From Macrostomum hystrix (lineage: Eukaryota > Animalia > Platyhelminthes), in the NCBI GenBank assembly GCA_950097015.1, contig CATNEN010000032.1, positions 2,170,001 through 2,234,000 on the forward strand: a stretch of 64,000 nt of DNA, given 5' to 3'. The notes below the pieces were generated by a model, which had not been told where the DNA came from, ran no database searches, and was given only the letters and a program-made list of their open reading frames with translations. The number at the start of each line of letters is the position of its first letter. The first letter of the stretch is position 1. Made by a program: the position numbers and the translations under genes. Positions 51,661 to 62,833 of this stretch are shown here, in pieces.

Positions 51661-52854
51661 TTAGTCAAGAGCAAAGCGGATCAATGTGCAGAAGAGCAGC
51701 AGCAGTGGGCACATTTGGGCCAGCAATGTTGCCGAGTTGCAATTTTTGTCTTCGCAGAAGCACAGTCGACCATTACCACGCGATTCATCTATGCAAACTA
51801 AATAGGGTGACAACTTCTGCAGCCGCAGATTCTGAGAGCATGTTCGGCGAACGCGGGTGGAGTCTGAAGCGAAATCACGAATGAATCGTCAGATAAAACA
51901 TATTCTCTATTCGGATTCAGATGGCTGGCCGAGTGTATGTGTACATGGAGGGAGGGAGATGGCTGGCCGAGTGTATGTACATGGAGGGAGGGAGATGGCT
52001 GGCCGAGTGTATGTACACGGAGGGAGGGAGATGGCTGGCCGAGTGTATGTACATGGAGGGAGGGAGATGGCTGGCCGAGTGTATGTACACGGAGGGAGGG
52101 AGATGGCTGGCCGAGTGTATGTACATGGAGGGAGGGAGATGGCTGGCCGAGTGTATGTACATGGAGGGAGGGAGATGGCTGGCCGAGTGTATGTACATGG
52201 AGGGAGGGAGATGGCTGGCCGAGTGTATGTACACGGAGGGAGGGAGATGGCTGGCCGAGTGTATGTACATGGAGGGAGGGAGATGGCTGGCCGAGTGTAT
52301 GTACATGGAGGGAGGGAGATGGCTGGCCGAGTGTATGTACACATGGAGGGAGCGAGATGGCTGGCCGAGTGTATGTACATGGAGGGAGTGAGGTAGCTGG
52401 TCCAGAGCGCGTGACTGTACACAGCGTTAATGCTGATTGAAAGCATGTCTACATTGATGAAGTGAGCTGCAGGTCAAGAAGGTGAGTACATAAGTGGGAA
52501 TGAGGCTCTTTTTAATCACCTGGGCTTCGTTGAACTAGTTTAGAGCAGACACCATTGCAGCGCACTGATTGCAGGGCACCACTGGCCACTAAGCCTGTAT
52601 CAAATGGGTCACCACAGCGACTATCCTGTTGGGTGTCGCATTCAATGCAGTCTGTGACCTGGTCTGCAGTTTAAGTTTGAAAGTTTAGCGACAGTTTATT
52701 GAGAATGAAGCTCAATAGAACTATATTTCAACAAAAATATAAAGCAAAAGTTATAATTAAGTAACAAACCTCGACAAAAATGATCCTGGTCAGCTGAGAA
52801 TGATGATGTTGATAGCCCAGTTAGCAATGCAAACAAAGAGACTTGAACAAACAT
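51661..52854 (-). CDS. Quiver/sleepless-like Ly6/uPAR three-finger protein, predicted GPI-anchored; exons 52854-52770, 52663-52520, 51863-51661
   Basis: Spliced product MFVQVSLFALLTGLSTSSFSADQDHFCR-DQVTDCIECDTQQDSRCGDPF...VRCNGVCSKLVQRSP-DSTRVRRTCSQNL...LVCIDESRGNGRLCFCEDKNCNSATLLAQMCPLLLLFCTLIRFALD*: signal peptide, C-x-x-C...C-x-DPF, C-x-C-x-x-x-x-CN, hydrophobic tail; both introns GT-AG, phase 1. Confidence 0.85.
51920..52390. repeat. 36-bp intronic minisatellite ATGGCTGGCCGAGTGTATGTACATGGAGGGAGGGAG
   Basis: Inside intron 2 of the Ly6 gene. Confidence 0.95.
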
Positions 52855-55310
52855 GATAGGCCAATGCATTGCCAAGGTTGGCTGAAAATGTGTAGTAATT
52901 TCATTAAATGTGACCTATATTCTGAATATCTGAATAAGTAGATGTAGCAGCCTAGTATTAAATTTTATTTTTGCAGTTAAACTTGCAAAATTATTCCAAA
53001 TTATATATTATATCTTAAATGTATTTTTTTATGATATTATGTCTATCAAAACAAATGTTAACAATCAGTATAAAAGGAGTCAGTTCCATAATAAACTACA
53101 ACTCGCCAGTGAGCCTAAATAATAATGGGAAAACTGAGAACAATCTTTAAATAGTGAAATTGTTGTGTTGGTCATTCTGAGAAGGAGCTAATGCTCATTG
53201 CATAGATAAAAGCAGAGATTGAGGCTATGACCCTCTAATCCTGGATAAATGCCTAGCAAAGACTAGAGAATAAGAGACCAGTGCCTTAGAAAGATGAACT
53301 GCTCATGCCAAGTGATACACTACCAAGAGAGAGGAAGATAGAGTGTTAAGCCCTATTACAGAAAAAGAATATAGACATTTGAAGAAATATTTAAGTATAT
53401 ACTATAGATAATGTTAAAATTGATTTTATAGCAATTCCAATGTTAATCACACAATAGTCCCTTTACATTAGGGTTAGTAGAGTAGGTGGCTCTTATTTTC
53501 CTAGTTGCTTAAGCATAAGCTTTCAAAAATGCAATGTAAATCAATCAAAACATCAAAGCCTTAAAAAACTGATTTCTTAAACATCAAAACTATTTAAATT
53601 GGTTTTATTAAAGAAAAAATTAAGAATTAGCTAACTAAAGTATTAAATATTGATTTGCCATAAACAAGTTAAAGGCAGTATATTAGAAACTATAAAGAGT
53701 TTTCTGAATTTCAAGGAGAACTTTTTCATAATATTACGGAAAGGATATTAGGAGAAATGAATACATGATAATTAAATAGAAATGATTTATACAAGATATC
53801 TTTCAATTTTATATTTACATAACTCAACCAACTCTCACCAAAAACTTTACCAAAAATGTTTTACAATACATACAACACATAACATATTTATAGGCCAATG
53901 AAGTTTTATACATCCAGTACAGGTAGCATTGATGAATAACAATTTATCAGCAATAATTTTATCTTGAATAAAGTCAAGTAAAAATAACCTAATACTGATC
54001 TACTTCCAAACAATCTTTTACACTTAAGCCAGGCCCATATCCTTAGAGTATTATATACAGCAAAAAGAATGAATAACACGAGACAGAGTCACACAAGGCA
54101 ATCTGTGACAACCCAATGGTATTTCTGATAAAACAGGAAGGAGACCATTAGAAATTAAAAATGTATCTCGTTTCAATACTAATTACAGTCAACCCAAAAG
54201 CGTATTACTTGACACTACTTAAATCAAACTTTTACTTCAGTAGAATTTAATAAGTAAATAAAAAATAAGCTAACGGATTATTTTTGTATAGTCCATCTAA
54301 TCTAAGCCACGGGAAATATACGTTCTAGTTACAGATTTTCAAATGTTTATATTCTCCTGTAGTTTAAAATATCGAGGTTTGAGAGTATGTAGCTTAAAAA
54401 TAATATTTTTTTTCTCTGAGCAGCAAAAAATTAAGCAACACTCGCGTTGAAATCGGCTTCTTTGTAACACATCAATTACTTTAGTTTACTACTTGTAGAA
54501 AGCTTCATGGCTTTATGGCAATAATTCAATTTGAGAAAATGCCTGGTATTTTTTATTAATTTAATTAAATTATTATAGTATATTTATTGTGTCGCTTTAA
54601 ATTTCGATCTCTTTGATTATATAACATATCGTGTTACTGGCCAAAGAAGCAGTTTGCCTGAGCTAAATTTCGACTACTACTACTGTATAAAGAGTGTTTG
54701 TCAACTGTACAATTTTCTTCAACAACGGTTTAGTCGTGTGGTTGCTCGAGTTGCTTCAACTTACTCGCTTCCAAATTTTTACATCATTTATCGTTATTTT
54801 AGGAATTAAAGGCTTAGGAAATGAAATATTATATGTTTTTATTACAAAAAACATTTACTTTTTGCTTTTTATCTGTAAATGTGATTCTAAGGGTTGGATT
54901 TGAGTAGTTTTTTTGCGTAGCAAGATGCGACAGCAATGATAAGTAATCAAAATTAGCTTATTAACCCGAAATTATATTAGATTCGCTGACCAAATTATAT
55001 GCTTTTCTTTATTTCTTATCAGTATTTAGCATACAATTTTTTACTGTACTCAAAGAATTTTATATTAAAAATATTTAGCAAAGTCAATTCTCCACTTAAA
55101 ATTCATTTCTTAGCTTTTCTAATGAGCACATTTAATTCCTGTATTTGCTCATTGTTTTAGTTATGTCGCTCTCGAAAAAGGAAGTCTTCATTTTCATGTG
55201 CTACCAATTCCTGACGCACAAGCTTTTGAGACTGTGATGTCCAGACAAGAGAGACAGTTTTACATTTTCAGCCAACTCCAAGGCATTCCAAGCCGTCGTC
55301 TGCAAGCAAA

Positions 55311-56696
55311 ATGCGACAGCAGCTACAACTGAAGCCCCTGCAGACGATGCCAGTGTGTCTAAATGGTAAGCAGGGGATGGCTACGGTTGATATTCAGCGG
55401 CCGGACAGCATTGAACTGCGCCTGGCCTGGGCGGACTCTGCAAGCGGATCATGGACCGGAAGCTACGGGACTGACTTTGTCGCCAAGGAGCTGCCGGGTC
55501 GCACGGTGGACGCGTTGACGCGCATGCTTCTGGCGGCTCTGACTGAGCAGAGCCGGCCAGCCAGCGACCTCCGGCTGCATCTGGAGGAGTCAACTCGAGT
55601 GCGACCAGACAGGTGCCATCTGGTGCTAACCTACAGGACCAGATTCGATCAGGTTTGAGCTGTTCATTAGGAGCTGATTAATTTCTGTATTTCTGCTACT
55701 TACTGAATCAAGGACCAGTTGGATTAGAAGGACGGGAAACTGCGTTTCTTAGAATACGTTTGGAGGATCATTTCATTCCAAGTGGATTTTCATTCTTGGA
55801 ATATCAATTCCAAGCGGTCCTTGTTCTGAATTAGACATGAAGTGGCAACACCAATGATACTCATTCAGTACACATCCTAACAAAACCCGGACATACTGCG
55901 AATTAGCTAGTGATTAAACTTACTAGGGGATAATTCGACACACCTCAATACGACAAAACATTTCCAGCTCGAGTGCCGTTTGCCGCTGAATCGCCAGCAA
56001 GCTGGCAGCGCCAGCAATGGCGAACCGTTCGACGAAAACGAAATCGAACGAATAGACGCGGCTGGGCTGCTTGAGGCAGCGCGTCAGCTGGAGCAGGAAA
56101 ATGCTAGACTGCGTCGCGAGAATGCCAGACTGCGGCCGGATGCTGACGCCCTGCCCCAGCTGCGTCTCGAGGTTGCGGCTTTGCACGAGGCTGCTCGCGG
56201 TCTCGAGGTTGAGTTGAAGTCTGTTGCCTCGATAACGCCTAGGCAGAGCGTTGCCAACGCCGGTTTGAAGAAGCTGCAGTCGGAGGCGCGGGAGTTGCGC
56301 GCAATGGAGCGAGTGCTTCAGCTGCGCCTGCGGCAGGTGCTGCAGGAGCTGGCACTGCACAAGCGGACCAGGGTGCACGGGCCTCGAGTAGCTTCGTCCG
56401 CCTCGACAGAATCGACAGCAGCGTCGAGGATGTCTACACCGCGCAGTCAGCGCTTCGATCCCACCGCCTACGTTGCCGAGCGTCGACAGCATCGACGACC
56501 GACTAGCGCGGATTCAAGTCATCAGATTCAGCAGCGCCAGCCCGAAGTTGTCACATCATCAGCCAAGAAGATCAAGTCGAGATCCAGGATGGTCGCAGTG
56601 CCTCTTGACAGTGTGGAGGAAGATGTTCTGCAGATTGATGAACGCCTCGACAGGCTTCAAAGCTTCCTAAACAAGGCCCTGATTGTTCGGTCTTAG
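55311..56696 (+). CDS. CCDC61: CCDC61/VFL3-like centriolar coiled-coil protein; exons 55311-55652 and 55968-56696
   Basis: RCHLVLTYRTRFDQ|LECRLPL parallels KRYLILIYSVEFDRIHYPLPL; central coiled coil; RFDPTAYV; C-terminal IDERLDRLQSFLNK; CAG|gt...tttccag|CTC junction, phase 0. Confidence 0.8.
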
Positions 56697-57060
56697 ACAA
56701 AGTCTGCTTTCTGGTCATGAGTCAAATCTCTGTGCATGGTTGTAGACAAAAACAACGTTTTTTGTGGTAGCCGTATGTACGAATTGTGAAATTCTTACTC
56801 TTAGTTAAGATCTTAGACAAAGTCTGCTTTCTGGTGAACACTTCCGAGATTATCAGCGAGTCGAATGGCTGTGCATGGTTGTGGACATAAAAACAACGTT
56901 TTTTGTCGCTACGCTTCCTTCTTTATGATTGTTGCCAACTCAAAGTTTTTTAGCCTAATAAATTTTCAGTAGAAAATGTGTGTAAATAGATTTTTCGCAT
57001 CAGTTTTGTGATTGCCGTATGTACGAGCTCGTACGAATTGTAAAATTCTTACGAATAAGC
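56692..57060 (+). repeat. Imperfect tandem duplication of the CCDC61 stop/3' UTR segment
   Basis: TCTTAGACAAAGTCTGCTTTCTGGT near 56692 and 56812, with downstream motifs also repeated. Confidence 0.7.
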
Positions 57061-57856
57061 GAACACTTGATAAATCATTGTGCTCGTTTGTCGTTCTTTA
57101 CTCGTAGTTTTTAGTCGGTATTTGCTTTTGTAAATTTGTTTCAATCGGTTGAGGGACCGGCTTGTTTGTAATCGTAATTATAGTAAGTTAAGTCCATTGG
57201 AACAGTTTGCTCGAGGATATTTGCAGATAATTTTAGATGAAAGAATATTTGTCGATAAGTACTTTTACTTTTGTTGATAAGAAATTACAAGAGGGTCTAG
57301 TTGTGTTTGGTGCTTCTTTGAAAGCGGCCTTTTGGCAAAGTTGAAAGTGAAAAGCCTACGGGCGCGTTTTAAAAGTTATGGACTTCAATACTTGTGCGTG
57401 TCATGTGATCTGTAAAAATATAGACATCGAAATTTTCGCCCAGCTGTTAGCATAAGGGTACCAGCATTATCTGTGGCAATTGAGGGTGCGTGTGGCGCCC
57501 TGTCCCAGTCCACGGACTGCACAGCCGTTCGAATCATTCGAATCACATTCGCTCGAATTATACTGCTACGAAAGAAACATGTCCACTAAGAGAAAACTGC
57601 AAAGATCTTTCACAAATATATTTCTAATAAAAAGAGAGCAGAGAAAAGAGAGAGAGAGAGAAAACTATATCAGAGGCTTTTCGTTTTTTATTTCTTAAAA
57701 GAAAAACAAAACACAAGTTGCTCGTAAAAGCAAAGCACTAGATTTCTCCAATCATAATTGTGGATGAGTTCGCTTTTTGTGACTTTGCTCTTATATTTTG
57801 AGACCGATTTCGTTTTCCGAAGCATATGCTGAACCAGGATATTGTCATACTCGGCA

Positions 57857-58582
57857 TCAGAACACAGACTGGCACTCGCAAATGAATGACTGCATGGTGG
57901 TGCAGTGATAATCGTCAACGCCACCATCAGGATAGCCGCTCCACAGATCGGCACAGAAGTTGCGCACCCCTCCATTTGGCTCCATGGCGTGCCAGACGCT
58001 GAAGTCGATCTGCTGGTTGCAGGCGGTCCAGAACCAGTTGGCCTTGATGACCGGATCCGTGCCGATTTTCAGGTAGCCGCCGATGTAAAAGTTCTGAGTC
58101 GGTGCAGTCTGCTGCTTCAGGTAGCGAAGGTACAGGGCTTCATCGAGATCACCTGCATCCGAAAACTTGGCCAGTCCCGGATCAGAACTGCAGGCCAGGT
58201 TGGCATTGGTCCAGTTCAGAGCTGGGGAAGTCACGACCTTGTATGAGGTGCCGTACCTGGTGTGCTGGTATCCAGGTGGACACAGACGACCCGCAGGCAC
58301 TCCAGGCAGAGACCTCACGTACACCGTGACCTGATTGGTGCAGCTCAGCTCAGACTGCACTCGGTGACTGCACGCATCGAAAAGGAACAGCTTGCACTCA
58401 CATGAGCTGCTTGACAGCAGCCTGAAGGCCTGGCACTTTTCCGTTTTAGAACAGTGTGCACCGCACTCTAATACAGTGCATACCCCTGCAACGATTTGAA
58501 AGAATTTTGAGTCCACGCAGTCCACTCCAGAGGCTTTGTGGAAAGCGGCAGAGTTGTCGGGCGCAGTGAGAACAGCTGGCAC

Positions 58583-58619
<37 letters not shown>

Positions 58620-58633
58620 GTAGTAAAGAGCAT
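57857..58633 (-). CDS. Secreted PAN/apple-like plus C-type lectin domain protein, intronless
   Basis: Poly-Leu signal peptide; ECGAHCSKTEKCQAF...CKL; CTLD with LNWTNANLAC, FYIGG, WFW, W-HAMEPNG (EPN), CADLW, DDYHC, FICE. Confidence 0.85.
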
Positions 58634-58717
58634 TTCAGGAGCAGAATGTGCTGTCTAAATACACTATTCAGTTCCCCGGATGAGTTTTGTTAGAAGTTGT
58701 ATACCTTCTGTTGTCAG

Positions 58718-58723
58718 TTTATA
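58718..58723 (-). promoter_or_regulatory. Candidate TATA box of the lectin gene
   Basis: TATAAA on the minus strand about 85 nt upstream of the ATG. Confidence 0.3.
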
Positions 58724-59443
58724 TCGCAAGGGAGAACGTTTTGGGACGCTGTCTTTAGTGGGAAACAGTGAGAAAAGGGAGAAAACTTTCATATCAAAAG
58801 TGACATGTCAAAAAATTTAAGCCAATAGCTACGTCGCTTCTATAGAAGATTCTAGGAAGACGCATCGTTGTTGGCCTTTCAGAGGCCTTGCCTGAAAAGC
58901 AAACAGCAAGACTCTCTTAATGACCTCCGCCAGTCACTCTCATCCCTGACTCTTGAGAATGGCCAAATTCAGAATTCAGGATGAGAATATGAAAGATCTA
59001 AAAATCCAAGGGCGTTATAGCGAAAACGCAAATTGTGAGCTTCCATTGTCAATCTTGTATGAGAAGTCTCAATTTCTTGGTTTCCTTCTTACCTTCGTCA
59101 TTATGGCAATGCAAAACTAATTGCTATTGGGAGAATGGCTTCTTCGCAAAGATCTGCAGTGTCCTTAAAGCTGGAACTCGCCGAAGAAGAAAGAGCATTG
59201 TTTTATATCTTCTATGTGTGTGTGACATGTGTGACACACATTGTATGTGTACTTTCCCTCAGACGCAATGAAATTTCATTTAGGCCATTATTCCACACTT
59301 TTGGAACTTTCCATGGACAAAAGAGTCCATCAGTATATTTTAACTAATAAACCATGGATGAAAATATAACTGAAACGATATAATTTATTTTATTGCATTT
59401 TTCGAGTTAGTAGAACCTACGAGCAAGAAATTGAATCCAACTG

Positions 59444-60734
59444 AATCGGGGCCTCACGGCTAGTAGTCTATGGCAAAAACTGTGTCAAAGCGTCAAACAG
59501 GGACAACTAAAACCCTCGGGACGCGAAACGAGCCAATTCATGGCAAGAAATCTGAGGGGCTCGCTTAAAAGTATTGTTCTATGGCTTTTTCGAGTCTTCT
59601 CTGCTATCAAGCAAATTAAAATTGCTTTAGCTGCGGCCAGCAGTGAAGCTAAGCTGAACTATATCAAGAGAAGCATTTTTTATTCACTTGATGAAATGCC
59701 AAGGAAGTGCAGCGCATTTCCGTGCTCGTCAAATTACAACTCTGAAGCCGTTCGAGCACGGATATTTGCGTTTCCCAGAGATCCACAGGAGCGGGAGCGA
59801 TGGAGAAAGGCGCTGCCAAATATTCTCCAGGTAAGAAACCAGATCATTTGCTGTCATTACTGCTGCATAATTCCGCTTCAATTCTGCATGCCAGTCTCGT
59901 CCAAACCACTTGAAACCCAAAATTTATTATTTTAGAGAGTGACTGACAGCATGGGCGTGTGCGTAAAGCATTAGACTTATCCTGTCTCTGCTACAGCAGT
60001 TTTATTCTGCACTCTCCTACGTGCGTAACTCGCGTGGAGAAGCTGTTTTATTTTATTTTCCAACTAAGACACAGTTCAGCATGGACAGTGTGTCCCGTCG
60101 GCTAGCCAACGTTTTTTTCAAAGGACTAGTAAGACGCTCGTCAAAACTCCCACCAATACCGACGACATCCCATGATAGATAGCTTCGGAAGTTAGATGCT
60201 CAGTAGGTGAAGTTCCAGCGTTTCCTTTATGTACGAGCTACTGACTGTTTGTGTCGTCTTGTCCTTGGAGTTCCGTATTTGCTTCTTTTTTCTTGCCGTT
60301 GGAGTTTCATCTTCGCTTTCATCCTTTATCTTCATGCCGTTGGAGTTATATCTTTGCTTTCATCTTTTATCTTCTTGCCGTTGGAGTTTTTTTTGTTGAT
60401 ATGGCGGTTACTTTATTGTAAATACATTGTAACTATATCACTGGTTCCTATTATTTAAATTAAATACTCGACATTGCCTCGCTTTACTATTTAATCTAAC
60501 CGTTAATGCCTGATACTCGTAGCAGAGAAAACTTGAAAAAGCCATAGAACAATACTTTTAAGCGAGCCCCTCAGATTTTTTGCCATGAATTGGCTCGTTT
60601 CGCGTCCCGAGGATTTTAGTTGTCCCTGGCGTCAAACAAGAAAAGCATGTACTGAAATGCGTGCTTGAAGGATTCACTTGCTTGACGCTTTGACACAGTT
60701 TTTGCCATAGATTACTAGCAGAGAAGCTCCGATT
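59444..60734. mobile_element. Non-autonomous DNA element with long imperfect terminal inverted repeats (59444-59606 / 60520-60734)
   Basis: Arms match in inverted orientation over ~160 nt, with a ~50-nt insertion in the right arm; contains a THAP ORF remnant; no clear multi-base TSD. Confidence 0.8.
59696..59860 (+). pseudogene. THAP zinc-finger remnant inside the inverted-repeat element
   Basis: MPRKCSAFPCSSNY...IFAFPRDPQERERWRKALPNILQVRNQIICCHY: THAP C-x4-C, FP, W and a degenerate C-x-x-H. Confidence 0.75.
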
Positions 60735-60899
60735 GCATGCATTTTTCTATTTTGCATTCATTTGCTTGCTCGTAGGCTCCTTTAGCTTGCAGAAAGCTAC
60801 ATTCATCCATGCATTAAATAACCACGAACACAAAACCAGAACAGGAGCAATTGAATGTCACTGCCTATCAACGTTTACTGCACATGTCAAAGACGCCTA

Positions 60900-62236
60900 T
60901 TACTTACTCACCCCGAAATTAAACGTGCAGTTTTCAAACAGGCAATTTTCGAAAACACGAGACACTTGGGCCTGGGTGTTCATCACTGCAATAATTGAAA
61001 GCGAAACTGTTTTGACACCAAAGGAACATTTATTCACCGACAAACATTTTCTGATAAATAAACATTCATTTAATTACTCATAAACTTACCACTTGAAAGA
61101 TGCACTTCATTAGCCGGCTTGACTTCGACAGGTGAGATACCATCGACACCTGTCTCAATGCACGACATGTTTACGCCGTTCGATTGCTTGGGAACCGCGA
61201 TAGGACGCTCTAAGGCGCCGCTTACAGCCGTCGACGCTTCGTCGACGCTCCTGCTGAGATGAGAAACGCAGACAACCCGTCGTCTTGTCATTCGGTAGTG
61301 CTCTTGGGAACAAGCAGTCGTCCTTGCGATCCGATGGGAGCAGCGAAATGTATTTATTCACCAGGTCCAGCTGCTTCCCATACAGCCTAGCTTGCTTCGA
61401 GCTGTCGTCCTTACAACGCGTAGGATCGGAACTTTGATTCTTCGTAGGCAGTATTGGAAGCGACATATAGGGTCTGCAATCAGCATCCACCTTCATCAAC
61501 AGACTGCTTGCTGCCTTCAGTGCCGGCATGCGCTCTTGCCCACGCTCTCCAAAAACGTACATAATGGTGAACAATTCCCATCCTGCAACTTCTCAGCGGT
61601 ACTTCCATCGAAATATGCTCGCAACTTTGTTAGATCAGCTTCCTCGATAGCCTCAAATTGCTTGGTAGCGCCTCCAGCATTGTGGAATTCCCTCACCTTC
61701 ATTCTTAGCATGCGATTGGAGCTCGCAAACTTTTCTCCGCCAATGAAGTTGATAGAGCGCTTCAGAATCAGGTTAAAGTACCGGTGTATCCCAGCTCTAA
61801 TGCACACAAGACTTGATGGCGAATAATTTTCACCGTCCGTCCTCTGCAGACCGAAATAATAATAGCGCAAGTACTCATTCAGCTTCCACACTTCCATCGT
61901 CACAGTCTCAGAGAGAAACTTCACGAAAGCCTGCCCATGCCGATTCATCTGGTCCACAGTTGACTTTGGCAGTGACTGAATTTCTACGCCATCCATTCTC
62001 GAACTCAGGTCCATGTCGTCGCCCGCCACCTCCGGAAGTTCGGGCAGTTCTTCAGTGCCATGATCGTTCTCAAGCCACTTAATGAAATCACTCAGGGCCT
62101 GGTCATCGTTATGTTCTCCATGCATGCTTACCTCCGACAAAAGTTGCAGCTCGTCCATCTTGACACCGTTTAGCGCGTCGACCGGTAGATTTTTCCAATT
62201 GATAAGCGCCGGCATTTCGTTCGCAGGAGTGGGAAG
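60900..62236 (-). mobile_element. Disrupted Crypton-type tyrosine-recombinase gene (DUF3504/ZMYM-like); coding 62236-61090 plus terminal exon 60985-60900
   Basis: YSPSSLVCIRAGIHRYF, FASSNRML, IEEADL, LQD-frameshift-YVFGERGQE, D-x-x-x-x-PY, TKNQ; terminal exon FENCLFENCTFNF after a GT-AG intron (61089-60986); H-x-x-R and catalytic Tyr segment not found. Confidence 0.8.
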
Positions 62237-62833
62237 CTACAAAAAACGCGTCCCTTAACATGTCAAGAGTGATGAGAAATAGACATCCATATTGCAAGTT
62301 TTCTGTCTTTGGCCCAAGTAACCTCTGCAGACAACATAGCGAGCAACGTTTAGTCTATGGTCAAGAGGAAAGTCTGGATTAATGGCACTTGAAAAGTGTG
62401 GAAAAATGGCCGCAAAAGTGTGGAATAATGACTGCGCGCTGAGTGAAAGTGTACATACAATGCACTTGTATGGTATGCGGCTGAGTGGAATAATGGCCAA
62501 ATCACGAGTGCGCTATAGACATCTGGGCGCTCTGACTGCGGGAAATTTTCACTACGGAGATAGGAGAAACGGGTTCTACACCATGGTCGACTCCACGTAT
62601 AGAATAATGACAAACAAACGGGAGATTTAGAACGGGGCCAACAGGACGGCCACAATGATCAAAACGCAGAGAAAATCAGGACAGGCATTGCAGAGCCACA
62701 GGCATCCGAAATTTGCACCACGGAGATAGGATTTAACAGGTTTTTCCACAATGGCAGACTGCACTCTCAGAACGGTGACAAACAACGGTGAACAGGGAAA
62801 ATATCACATTTTATTTGTCTGAAAACATTTCGT

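Noticed and set aside
60733-61083. 116-aa + strand ORF with a hydrophobic N-terminus
   Set aside because: Antisense to the Crypton terminal exon and intron, which explain the sequence better
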